NCBI GenBank assembly: GCA_964187785.1
Contig: OZ076409.1
Coordinates: 73,286,001 to 73,350,000, forward strand
Direction of reading: 5' to 3'
From: Amphiscolops sp. MND2022
Taxonomy: Eukaryota
DNA length: 64,000 nt
Part shown: in pieces, positions 40,901-54,493 of the stretch
Layout: each line of letters begins with the position of its first letter
Position numbering within the stretch: the first letter of the stretch is position 1
Position numbers and translations under genes: made by a program
The notes under the pieces: generated by a model
What the model saw: the letters and a program-made list of their open reading frames with translations, nothing else
Told to the model about the DNA's origin: nothing
The model's database searches: none

Positions 40901-42701
40901 ATAAGAATAGCACAGAAAACTATCATATACCGATCAACTCTACTCCCATTGTAGATTATTAGAATTTTATTTTGAATGATTTTTGATGGTTATTAAAAAA
41001 TTTTGAGCCCCCCAAAAGCGGGCCAAAATTACACGAAAAAATTGACCTTAAAATTTTAAAATGTCAAATAATCATCGAAACCACAGCTTCTTGGGGTTCT
41101 ATCCACTCCACATGGCCCACAGAGTATGCCAAACCAGGTTTTGCGCGTTTTTGAGCAATATTTGAGAAAGCCGAGTTTTTTGGGGAAGAAAAACATAACA
41201 TTTCCTAATAAAATTCAAATGCACGCCATTTGGCGTATGACAATAGCACAGAAAACTATCACATACTAATCAACTCTACTCTCTTTGTAGATCACCAGAG
41301 TTTTGCTTAGAATAAATTTTGATGAATATTTGTAAATTTTAAACCCTCCTAATATGGGCCAAAATCACACGGAAAAATTGACCGTAAGGTATTAAAATGT
41401 CAGAAATTCATCAAAACCACAGCTTCTTGGGGTTCTATCATTTCTATATGACTTTCAGAGTATACCAAACAAGGTATTAACATTGGGCGATAATTAAAAA
41501 CACCAATTTTATTTTAGAAGAAAACCATAATAAGTTCAATATAAGAAGTGAATCATTCCATATATATACCCTGTCTTATATTTTAAATTAGCGATAATAT
41601 ATATACTTGATGTTTTTTGAAAGTGAGCTTCATAAGTGGTTGAGATGTGATAATACGTAAATGGATTCCAAGTTTCATCGAAATGTCAATGGAATACGTC
41701 CAATCAACTTCAATCTTAACAATTAGATAACAAAAAACCTAAGTACATTCCATCTCCCCATCGGGGAGATGAGAATGTACTTTTCAAAAACCAAAAACTT
41801 AGATGTTTTTTTTTGTAACACTTACTGTAACTGCTGAAATGATGAAAGAATAATTATGCTTCTAATAACTCCATGATTTTTTGCTTCAGCATTTTTTTTG
41901 CAGAACAAAACCATCAGACATATTTTTCGCAGTTAAGTTCGATCGTATTACCCAGTGAACAAAGGTATGGAAGGATGTTTACAAGTTGTTTCAAAACTTT
42001 CCCGCCTTCCAAAATAATGAAACGTCTACACAACCAAGATAGCAAATGAATGAATGCGGAATGCATCTTATTAGATAAGATAAATAACGTGTAGAACTTA
42101 CCTTTATCTGAAGTTGACGTTGATTTATGATCTTTAGAGGATAGTTTGATTTTTGACCATAATAGTGGGAAACTAATTATTATATGAATGATGGCGTGGA
42201 AAGCGTTCAGAAATTGTAGTATTTTGGATTCGAGCATGTATGCGTGGGTTCCTTTGGTGGCGTTAGCTTAGTGTACATGATGGAAGTTTTCGATCTGTTA
42301 TGATTAATTTTACTCACGAGTCTTTGTTTTTCCTATTTTTTTGCCATTAAGTACATTCATTCTATCCCCTTTTCTGAGAATGTACGTTTGTCAAATGACT
42401 GTCATCCAAATTTTGCATTCCCGAAGAGTTTAAATACATAACACGTGTTTAGCGTTTCCAAATCACAACCGAGTAACATTCTATTTTTTTTTCTCAAAAT
42501 TGATAATGGTTTTGATTTTGGTGTCTTCTACTTTCATCATCCATCATAACAACCACCTTACCATGTCTCTCGCTTGTCTTCATTTTACAACGCCACATAG
42601 TGTAGCGACGCCCACAGTCTGTGGGCATGCCGAGGCATGCCCTTCGACGACGTATGCCAAATTTAGCGTTAGCCCGCGGTCACTACCGCGGTAGCAGCTA
42701 G
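37953..42701 (+). mobile_element. Family B unit, subtype B2 (4749 bp)
   Basis: Near-identical to 20497-25246. Confidence 0.8.
40187..41530 (+). repeat. Internal tandem repeat, 4 x ~336 bp
   Basis: Same array as 22731-24075. Confidence 0.9.
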
Positions 42702-44688
42702 GTGGGCGGGGGTAATTCCCCAACAAAAATTACGGCCGGCGGGTTGGGTCCTGCCGGACGTTCAAATAGCGCGAAGCATCTAGTAGAAAACAAGGAGTCC
42801 TGAAACAGCGATTTTAAAATTGAACCGTTAGAATTTGGTTTTAGATTGCATGCGGCCCTAAAATCCCCATACGAATGGAAGTTCCTGCTGGCGTTAAGCG
42901 ATTGAAATAATATATAAAAAGTTATGGCCCATTTTTGGGTCACCGAGAAGGTCAAAATGAAGAAAATTTTAACTAAGTTGCTGATAACTCAAAATGTGTT
43001 AATTTTTGGACTTTGACTGTGAAACAAGCTTGGAACCTTCATTTCGTGGCTGTGGCATTGCACTGAACACAAAAGATGTAAAGTTTTCACATTTTTTGAA
43101 AATTCGACATTTTTGAATTTTTTTTCACTACTATCAGTACACTATATGTCAAAAACACCTCTGAAATTTTTTTTATTTGCTTAAATTTAGAAACCTCGGT
43201 ATCCATGGTTTCCGTCAGTACCTACTCGCTGCCAAACACTCAACAGTTTGCATCCAATGTGAAAATAAAATTTTTTTCGAGGTCTTAGGTGTTTCACAAG
43301 GATTTCTCAACTTAGTATCAATTTACAAATTGGTCATTTTGAACACATTATTTTCATCGAAGCGTGTTATATACCGCCCTAATGCTCACGAACGGGCCTA
43401 CTGGCAACGTTGGAACCATTTATAGTAATAAAAAGTTTTAAAAAAATTTTTTCACCCCGTCTTCAGTCATTTTACACACTTTCGGAACTTAACTTAGAAA
43501 AATTTCAACCAAAAACCCATTTTTTGTCAAGTCGAAAATTCAAATTCAGCTTTTTAAGCAAAATAAATAAATCTGACATAACCAGTGGGGCCCATGAAAC
43601 TCAAAACCACGATTGAGACTGGTATCAATGGCTCCAATAACATATGAGTCGCGATAAGACGCTATTTTGAGCAAAACATCTCAATTGAGGTAAAGATCTC
43701 GCAAGCCAGCGATCACTGTGAAATGTGATTTTATCAAAAATTTACTCTTTTTTGTCAATCACTATGTGCACAGAATGCATAGGGTGCGTTTCAGCACTAT
43801 AATGAGGTTTTTGAAGGCATCGAGTTGCTCAAGGGGTGGTATGAGACATTTTTGTCCCATATACTACTGTAGTTTCCAAAATTTTTACCCCAATATCTGG
43901 AAATACAAACTAGACAAAATACTTTCAACTACTTTATTCAAAAGTTACAATATAGATGAACACTGTGGTTGATAAGAAACTTTCATCTCTTTCGTTTTCG
44001 GAAATATTTCCGTTCGCATGTGTTACATTCATAGCAGAAAAAAAAATCGAAACTGAAAAATACGCTATTTTGCTGATATAGAATCGCAATGATTGTGCCT
44101 AAAAACTCTTTAAACACTTCTAACGCAACCTTACGCACCCAAAATGATCGAAAATGCTATTCACAATGGTGACATGTGCTCTTTCTACGATCCTGGCTGG
44201 ACAAGGTTTGCATATTTTTCAAGTACCTGTCAGCTAAATCTTGTGATAGCCTTTTCAGTTGGCCTTGTGTCAACTTGGGAAGGCTATCACATCAAAAAAC
44301 CATCAACAAAAATAATTTTTGTTTATTGGATCTCACAGTCGATACTTTTTTTCGTGATTCTATACTACCGTTAGTATATTTCATCAGGTCACCTTACGAT
44401 TGCATTCAGTCTTTGATAAAAACCAATGAACACAAAGTCACAATTATATAATTTTTGCCCAAAAAAATCATCAAAAACACCTAAAACATATAAAATAGAG
44501 TCTTTAACTTTTTTAAGTTTCAAGTTTCTGCCGTTATTAAGCCAATCAACTTCCTACAGCCACGCTCTCTGTCATACTGTACAACGCCACATAGTGTTGC
44601 GACGTGCACAGTCTGTGGGCATGCCGAGGCATGCCCTTCGACGACGTATGCCGAATACCGCGGGCCTACGCCCGCGCTCCCCGGCTAG
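42702..44688 (+). mobile_element. Family A unit (1987 bp)
   Basis: 2942 subtype with a different terminal ~270 bp. Confidence 0.8.
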
Positions 44689-46676
44689 GTGGGCGGGGGT
44701 AATTCCCCAACAAAAATTACGGCCGGCGGGTTGGGTCCTGCCGGACGTTCAAATAGCGCGAAGCATCTAGTAGAAAACAAGGAGTCCTGAAACAGCGATT
44801 TTAAAATTGAACCGTTAGAATTTGGTTTTAGATTGCATGCGGCCCTGAAATCCCCATACGAATGGAAGTTCCTGCTGGCGTTAAGCGATTGAAATAATAT
44901 ATAAAAAGTTATGGCCCATTTTTGGGTCACCGAGAAGGTCAAAATGAAGAAAATTTTAACTAAGTTGCTGATAACTCAAAATGTGTTAATTTTTGGACTT
45001 TGACTGTGAAACAAGCTTGGAACCTTCATTTCGTGGCTGTGGCATTGCACTGAACACAAAAGATGTAAAGTTTTCACATTTTTTGAAAATTCGACATTTT
45101 TGAATTTTTTTTCACTACTATCAGTACACTATATGTCAAAAACACCTCTGAAAAATTTTTTTATTTGCTTAAATTTAGAAACCTCGGTATCCATGGTTTC
45201 CGTCAGTACCTACTCGCTGCCAAACACTCAACAGTTTGCATCCAATGTGAAAATAAATTTTTTTTCGAGGTCTTAGGTGTTTCACAAGGATTTCTCAACT
45301 TAGTATCAATTTACAAATTGGTCATTTTGAACACATTATTTTCATCGAAGCGTGTCATATACCGCCCTAATGCTCACGAACGGGCCTACTGGCAACGTTG
45401 GAACCATTTATAGTAATAAAAAGTTTTAAAAAATTTTTTTCACCCCGTCTTCAGTCATTTTACACACTTTCGGAACTTAACTTAGAAAAATTTCAACCAA
45501 AAACCCATTTTTTGTCAAGTCGAAAATTCAAATTCAGCTTTTTAAGCAAAATAAATAAATCTGACATAACCAGTGGGGCCCATGAAACTCAAAACCACGA
45601 TTGAGACTGGTATCAATGGCTCCAATAACATATGAGTCGCGATAAGACGCTATTTTGAGCAAAACATCTCAATTGAGGTAAAGATCTCGCAAGCCAGCGA
45701 TCACTGTGAAATGTGATTTCATCAAAAATTTACTCTTTTTTGTCAATCACTATGTGCACAGAATGCGTAGGGTGCGTTTCAGCACTATAATGAGGTTTTT
45801 GAAGGCATCGAGTTGCTCAAGGGGTGGTATGAGACATTTTTGTCCCATATACTACTGTAGTTTCCAAAATTTTTACCCCAATATCTGGAAATACAAACTT
45901 GACAAAATACTTTCAACTACTTTATTCCAAGGTTACAATATAGATGAACACTGTGGTTGATAAGAAACTTTCATCTCTTTCGTTTTCGGAAATATTTCCG
46001 TTCGCATGTGTTACATTCATAGCAGAAAAAAAATCGAAACTGAAAAATACGCTATTTTGCTGATATAGAATCGCAATGATTGTGCCTAAAAACTCTTTAA
46101 ACACTTCTAACGCAACCTTACGCACCAAAAATGATCGAAAATGCTATTCACAATGGTGACATGTGCTCTTTCTACGATCCTGGCTGGACAAGGTTTGCAT
46201 ATTTTTCAAGTACCTGTCAGCTAAATCTTGTGATAGCCTTTTCAGTTGGCCTTGTGTCAACTTGGGAAGGCTATCACATCAAAAAACCATCAACAAAAAT
46301 AATTTTTGTTTATTGGATCTTACAGTCGATACTTTTTTTCGTGATTCTATACTACCGTTAGTATATTTCATCATGTCACCTTACGATTGCATTCAGTCTT
46401 TGATAAAAACCTATGAACTCAAAGTCACATTTATATATTTTTTTGCCAGAAAATAACATCAAAAATATATAAAATATATAAAATAGAGTCTTTAACATTT
46501 TTACGTTTCAAGTTTTTGCCGTTATTAGGCCAATCAACGTCCTAGAGCCACATCCTGCCACATACTGTACAACGCCACATAGTGTTGCGACGTGCACAGT
46601 CTGTGGGCATGCCGAGGCATGCCCTTCGACGACGTATGCCGAATACCGCGGGCCTACGCCCGCGCTCCCCGGCTAG
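44689..46676 (+). mobile_element. Family A unit (1988 bp)
   Basis: Near-identical to 2942-4929. Confidence 0.8.
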
Positions 46677-47741
46677 GTGGTCGGGTGTTTTACCTTTACA
46701 GAGTAGTGCGAGGCCGGGTAGGGTCCCGTGACGAGCTTGAAGAATAGCCTGCTAAAAATATACATGTTGGGGGGGGGGGGGGGTCTACGGAGACGATCTC
46801 GAAAATGAACCGTTAGAATTTATTCAAACTTTGCATGCGGACATAGAATCAAAATGTAAGAACTTTTTCCTACTGGCACTTTTCGCTCCATACCCTGTGA
46901 CGGAAGTTATGAGCAAATGTATGTCGAAATCACCCATTTTTCGCATCTTTTCAATCGCTGCTCCTCAGCCATTGGAGCCAATAGGCCGAAACTTTTTGTG
47001 TGAGGTACAAATGAAGTGGGCTACAAGATGGCCAAAAATTTTTGGCCAGGTCCTAATACATCGGGAAATATGATAGAAAATATACACCAAAAAAGGTGAT
47101 TTTTTGACACTTTTTATCATGACTTCCGAAGTGCCCAATGGAATAGGTAGTGCCTATGGATAAAAATGAATGGTTTTATGTTTAATCGAAAGAGGAAAAA
47201 ATTTTGGTTTTTTTGGCCGAAAAAAAAGTTCTACAAAAGTTCTACAAAAATTCGAAAAATTTAGAATTTTTCCAAAAAAAAGGTTTTTTCGTCTTTTTTG
47301 ATGTTTTTTCACATTTTGAGGTCAAAAATGAGGTACCCGAGCACTTACGCTGACTTTTTAGGGGAATTTGACACATTTAATTTTTATTTTTGGTTAATGA
47401 TTACACTTTTAAAGTTTTAATCCCAAATTACTGCAATCTTTTCTCAGTTGTTGGAATTCTATGTTTTTTGTTAAATGACTTGTAGAAAGATCGCCGATGT
47501 TCCGGAAGAACGCGAAGCGTTTCGGAGGAAGATTGGCGACAAACGATAAAAGTCTGTGCAACTTATGTGCTTCCAATGAGGTGCTTGGTAGAATTATCAA
47601 GATGAAAAAATAACTTTTTTGAGTTAGTTTGTTGTGAAATGAAAACGATTAAAGTTTACAATTTTAAGTTACACCAATTTCAGTTTCAATCAAGTATTGT
47701 CTGAATAGGCCTTACTGGTAGTTGGTACCTGCCTCCACTGG
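46677..47741 (+). mobile_element. Singleton unit F (1065 bp), lacking the right end
   Basis: Has the left hairpin (CGGG-TAGGGT-CCCG) and left box, but no palindrome or right-end motif; stops at CTGG|GTGG. Confidence 0.7.
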
Positions 47742-50700
47742 GTGGGCGGGGGTAATTCCCCAACTAAAAATTCGGCCGGCGGGTTGGGTCCTGCCGGCCG
47801 TCCAAAATCAAAAATATACTAGTAGAAAACGGCCGGTCAAACGAGCTATTTTTTTATTTAACCGTTAGAATTTGGGTTTAGATTGCATGCGGCCATGAAA
47901 TGGCCATACGAATCGAAGTTCCTGCTGACGTTTTGCGATTGAAACACTTTATAAAAAGTTATGGCCAATTTGTCAGTCACCTAGAAGGGCAAAATGAGGA
48001 AAATTTTAACAAAGTCGCTGATAACTCAAAATGTGTTATTTTTTGGACTTTGACTGTGAAACAAGCTTGGAACCTTCATTTCGTGGCTGTGGCATTGCAC
48101 TGAACGCAAAAGATGTAAAGTTTTAACATTTTTTGAAAAATTGACATTTTTGAAATTTTTTTCACTACTATCAGTACCATATATGTCAAAAACACCTCAG
48201 AAAAAAAATTTTATTTGCTTTAACTTGGAAACCTTGGTATCCATGGTTTCTGTCGGAACCTACTCGCAACCAAACAACCAACAGTTTGCATCCAATGTGA
48301 AAATAAAAATTTTTTTTGGGTCATAAGCGTTTCACAAGGATTTCTCAACTTAGTATTAATTTACAAAATGGTCATTTTGAACACAATATTTTCATCGAGG
48401 CTTGTCGGCTATAGCCTTAATGTTCTAGAACGGTCCCACTGGCAACGTAGGAACCATTTATAGTAATAGAAAGTTTAAAAAATATATTTTCACCCTGTCT
48501 TCAGTCATTTTTCAGTCATTCGGAACTTAACTTAGAAAAATTTCGACCAAAATACCCATTTTTTGACAGATCGAAAATTCAAATTCAACTTTTTAAGCAA
48601 AATTACTAACTCTGACGTAACCAGTGGGGCTCATGATACTCAAAAACACGATTGGGACTGGTACCAATGGCTCCAATATCATATGAGCCGCGATAAGACG
48701 TTATTTTGAGCAATACGTCTCAATTGAGGGAAACATCTCGCAAGCCTGGGATCACAGTTAAAAGTGATTTCGTCAAAAATTTACTCTTTTTCGTCAATCA
48801 CTATGTACACAGAGTGCGTAGGGTGAGTTTCAGCACTATAATGCGGTTTTTGAAGGAATCGGTCTGCTCAAGGGGTGGTATGAGACATTTTTTTTGCATG
48901 TAGTACTATATTTCTCAAAACTTTTAGCCCATTATCTCGAAAAGCTCACTTCGCAAATTACTTTCAGTTACTCTATTCGAAGCTTAGAATATATATGAAC
49001 ACTGTGGTTGATCAGAAACTCTTGACTATTTTGTTTTTGGAAAAAAACTGCCTTGCATGTGTTACATTAGTGGCAGGAAAAATACCAGTAGCTCCAAAAA
49101 TCACAATTTTGGACGGACAGACCTGCAATGATGCAAAGCAAAAACGTTTCAACAACTTCTGGCGCCACTTTTTTTACCCAAGAGGTTCGAAATTACTATT
49201 AACAATGCTGACATTCGCTATAAATAAGATCGAGGTCAATTTACTAACACTTAGGTTATACATTTATATCTGAGAAACCATTCTTTGTCAGGTCGCAATT
49301 TTAAATTTAGTTTGGGAAGCAATACTTTTAACTCTGAAGCAAACCGTTGGGCCCAAATTACTCAAAAACTACAAAAAGACTGTCACCATATGCCCTAATA
49401 GCATATGAGATTCGACCGTATGTTTTTAACACAAAAACTCTCATCCGAAGTAAACATGTTGAAAGCCTTGAATCACCGTGAGAAATGATTTCATCAAAAA
49501 ATATTCCTTTTTCGTCAATCTTTATCTACACAGAACACGTTGTGTCATTTTCAGCCGTGAAATGAGCTTCTACCGTAATATGGGTTGCTCAAGGTGTTGT
49601 ATAAGACAAAAACTTCCTCTTTTCTACTATCTTCTTCAAATATTTCAACCCTTTGTCACAAGAAGTTAATATTCAAAATCTCTTTGAAATGTTTCTTTAG
49701 GTTGGGGTGAAGTGTTAGAACAATAGTTATGATCGAAGAATGATAGTATTGGTGTTTGGACCATGTCCGGATGAACAAATTGCAAAATCATGAAAAATTT
49801 CTTACCATTTTTGGTCATTTTGTCAGTACTAAAAATGTTAGCTGAAAAAGAATTTTTTTGATGGCACCATTGGATTCCTCTCAAAAAATTAGCTATATGA
49901 ACTGTGTAATAACCCCGTATCTTTTCAATTTAAATAATTTTAAAAAGCAAACTTTTTTGACTAAAATCCTAAAAATCATACCATTTCCTAAAAAATTTCA
50001 AATGCCCCCCATTTGACGTATAAGAATAGCACAGAAAACTATCACTTGACGATCGACTCAACTTCTATTGTAGATTACCAGAATTTTGTTTAGAACAATT
50101 TTTGATGGATGCAAAAAAAATTTAAACCCTCCAAAAAAGGGCCAAAATTACACGAAAAAATTGACCTTAAAATTTTAAAATGTCGAAAAATCATCAAAAC
50201 CACAGCTTCTTGGGGTTCTATCAACTCCACGTGGTCCACAGAGTATGTTAAAACAAGTTTTACCCGTATTTGAGCAATATGTGAAAAAGCCGACTTTTTT
50301 GGGAATGAAAAACATACCATTTCCTAAAAAATTTCAAACGCACCCCATTTGACGTATAAGAATAGCACAGAAAACTATCACATACCGATCGACTCTACTT
50401 CCATTGTAGGTTACCAGAATCTTGTTTAGAACAAATGTTGACGGATGCAAAAAAAAATTAAACCCTCCAAAAATGGGCCAAAATTACACGAAAAAATTGA
50501 CCTTAAATTTTTAAAATGTCAAAAAATCATCAAAACCACAGCTTCTTGGGGTTCTATCAACTCCACGTGGTCCACAGAGTATGCTAAAACAGGTTTTACC
50601 TGTTTCTGAGCTATATGTGAAAAAACCGACATTTTGGGGAAGAAAAACATACCATTTCCTAAAAAATTTCAAATGCACGCCATTTGCCGTATGAGAATAG

Positions 50701-52509
50701 CACAGAAAACTATCACATACCGATCAACTCTACTTCTATTGTAGATTATCAGATTTTTGTTTAGAACAAATTTTTATGGATATAAAAAATTTTTAAATCC
50801 TCCAAAAATGAGCCAAAATAACACGAAAAAATGGACCCTAAATTTTTAAAATGTCAAAAAATTATCCAAACCACAGCTTCTTGGGGTTCTATCAGCTCCA
50901 CGTGGTCCACAGAGTATGCTAAAACAGGTTTTGCCCGTTTTTGAGCAGTATATGAAAAAGCCGACATTTTTGGGGAAGAAAAACAAACCATTTCCTAAAT
51001 AATTTCAAATGCAGGCAATTTGCCGTATGAGAGTAGCACAGAAAACTATCACACACCGATCAACTCTACTTCTTTTGTAGATTATCAGAATTATGTTTAG
51101 AGTAAAGTTTTATGGATATGAAAAATTTTTATACCCTCCAAAAATGGGCCAAAATGACACGAAAAAATTGACCTCAAATTTTTAAAATGTCAAAAAATTA
51201 TCCAAACCACAGCGTCTTGGCGTTCTATCAACTCCAAATGACCTTCAGAGTATACCAAACCAGGTATTGCCAATCTTTTGAGCAATATTTAAAAACACCG
51301 ACTATTTGGCAAGAACACCATAATATGTTCCATATAAGAAGTGAATCATTCCACATATATACCCGGTCTAATATTTCCAAATTAGCGATAACATTTATAC
51401 TTGATGGTTTTTGAAAGTGAGCTTCATAAGAGGTTGAGATGTAATAATACGTAAATGGACCCTAAGTTTCATTGAAATCTCAATGGAATACGTCCAATCA
51501 ACTTCAATCCTAACTATTATATAACAAAAAACACTTGAGTACATTCCATCTCCCCATCGGGGGAGATGAGAATGTACTTTTCAAAAGCCAAAAACTTCGA
51601 ATTTTAAATCTTTTGTAACATTGTATGTAACTGTTGAAACGATGAACGAATAAAAATGCTTCTAGTACCTTCATCAATTTTTGCTTCAGCTCCTATTTCT
51701 GCAGAACAAAACCAAAAGACACACTTACAGCAGTTAAGTTCGATTGTATAACTCAGTGAATAAAGGTATGACTGAGGAAGTTCACAAGTTGTTTCAAAAG
51801 TTTCCGGCCTTCCAAAATCATGAAACGTCCACACAACCAAGATAGCAAGTGAAAGAATGCTGAATGCACCTTATTAGATGAGATAAATAATGTGTGGAAC
51901 TTGCCATTATCTCAAGATGACGTTGATTTATGATCTTTTAAGGATAGTTCGATATGTGACCACAATAGTGGAAGACTTATTACTATTTGAAGAACACCGT
52001 GGAAAGCGTTCAGAAAGGACAGTATATTTGTTTCGAGCATGCATGCGTGTGTTCCTTTGGTGACGTTAGCTTAGTGTACATGACGGAGGTATTCGAGAGA
52101 TTATGATAGAGTTTACTCACAAGTCTTTGTTTTTTTAAACTTTCTATGCCGTTGAGTACATTCGTAAGGTACATCCATCCCCTTCTCTGGGAATGTACGT
52201 TTGCCAAATGACATGACTGTCATCCAAAATTCGTAATCCGGACGAGTTTAACTACATAAACATGTGATGAGCGTTTTCAATTCACAACCGAATAACATTT
52301 TTTTTCTCGAAAATGATGATGGTTTTGATTTTGATGTCTTCTACTTTTATCATCATGCAAACGACCTTACCATGTCTCTCTTCTGTCGTCATTTGTACAA
52401 CGCCACATAGCGTTCCGACGCCCACCGTCTGTGGGCATGCCGAGGCATGCCCTTCGACGACGTATGCCAAATGAGCCATACCCGCACTCTGGAGTGGGGT
52501 AGCGGCTAG
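47742..52509 (+). mobile_element. Family B unit, subtype B1 (4768 bp)
   Basis: Near-identical to 13751-18513. Confidence 0.8.
49977..51322 (+). repeat. Internal tandem repeat, 4 x ~336 bp
   Basis: Same array as 15985-17330. Confidence 0.9.
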
Positions 52510-54493
52510 GTGGGCGGGGGTAATTCCCCAACAAAAATTACGGCCGGCGGGTTGGGTCCTGCCGGACGTCAAATAGCAAAGAATATCTAGTAGGAAACCG
52601 CGACACAGAATCGCGATTTTTAAATCTAACCACAATTTTTTGGACTTGGAGTGCATGCGGCCCTGAAATGCCCATACGAATCGAAGTTCCTGCTGACGTT
52701 AAGCGATTGAAATAATATATAAAAAGTTATGGCCCATTTTTCACTCACATAGAAGGGTAAAATGAGGAAATTTTTAACAAAGTCGCTGATAACTCAAAAT
52801 GTGTTAATTTTTGGACATTGACTGTGAAACAAACTTGGAACCTTCATTTCGTGGCTGTGACATTGCACTGAACACAAAAGAAGTAAAGTTTTTACATTTT
52901 TTGAAAATTCGACATTTTTGAAATTTTTTTCACTACTATCAGTACACCATATGTCAAAAACGCCTCAGAAAAAAAAATTTATTTGCTTAAATTTAGAAAC
53001 CTCGGTATCCATGGTTTCCGTCAGTACCTACTCGCTGCCAAACACTCAACAGTTTGCATCCAATGTGAAAATAAAATTTTTTTCGAGGTCTTAGGTGTTT
53101 CACAAGGATTTCTCAACTTAGTATCAATTTACAAATTGGTCATTTTGAACACATTATTTTCATCGAAGCGTGTCATATACCGCCCTAATGCTCACGAACG
53201 GGCCTACTGGCAACGTTGGAACCATTTATAGTAATAAAAAGTTTTAAAAAAATTTTTTCACCCCGTCTTCAGTCATTTTACACACTTTCGGAACTTAACT
53301 TAGAAAAATTTCGACCAAAATACCCATTTTTTGTCAGGTCGAAAAATCAAATTCAGCTTTTTAAGCAAAATTATTAACTCTGACGTAACCCATGGGGCCC
53401 ATGATACTCAAAACAACGATTGACACTGGTATGAATGGCTCCAATAACATATGAGTCGCGATCGGACGTTATTTTGAGCAATACGTCTCAATTGAGGTAA
53501 AGATCTCGCAAGCCAGCGATCACTGTCAAATGTGATTTCATCAAAAATTTACTCATTTTTGTCAATCATTATGTGCACAGAATGCGTAGGGTGCGTTTCA
53601 GCACTATAATGAGGTTTTTGAATGCATCGAGTTGCTCAAGGGGTGGTATGAGACATTTTTGTCCCATATACTACTGTATTTTCCAAAATTTTTAGCCCAA
53701 TATCTGGAAATACAAACTTGACAAAATACTTTCAACTACTTTATTCAAAGGTTACAATATGGATGAACACTGTGGTTGATCAGAAACTTTCATCTCTTTC
53801 GTTTTCCGAAATATTTTCCTTCGCATGTGTTATATTTGTATCAGAAAAAAAATCGAAACTGAAAAATACGCTATTTTGGTAATATAGAATCGCAATGATT
53901 GTGCCTAAAAACTCTTTAAACACTTCTAACGCGACCTTACGCACCCAAAATGATCGAAAATGCTATTCACAATGGTGACATGTGCTCTTTCAACGATCCT
54001 GGCTGGACAAGGTTTGCATATTTTTCAAGTACCTGTCAGCTGAATCTTGTGATAGCCTTTTAAGTTGGCCTTGTGTCAACTTGGGAAGGCTATCACATCA
54101 AACAACCATCAACAAAAATAATTTTTGTTTATTGGATATTACAGTTGATACCTTATTTCGTGATTCTATACTACCGTTAGTATATTCCATGAGGTCACCT
54201 TACGATTGCATTCAGACTTTGATGAAAACCTATGAACTCAAAGTCACATTTATATATTTTTTGCCCAAAAAATCATCAAAAACATCTAATATATATAAAA
54301 TTGAGTCTTTAACTTTTTTACGTTTCAAGTTTCTGCCGTTATTAGGCCAATCAACTTCCTACAGCCACGCTCTCTGTCATACTGTACAACGCCACATAGT
54401 GTTGCGACGTGCACGGTCTGTGGGCATGCCGAGGCATGCCCTTCGACGACGTATGCCGAATACCGCGGGCCTACGCCCGCGCTCCCCGGCTAG
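52510..54493 (+). mobile_element. Family A unit, mosaic (1984 bp)
   Basis: 8195 subtype with an internal ~52980-53300 tract of the 2942 subtype. Confidence 0.8.

Noticed and set aside
46769..46783. G15 homopolymer and small local duplications (~47226-47250, ~52208-52217)
   Set aside because: Ordinary slippage-type features in single copies with no evident function.
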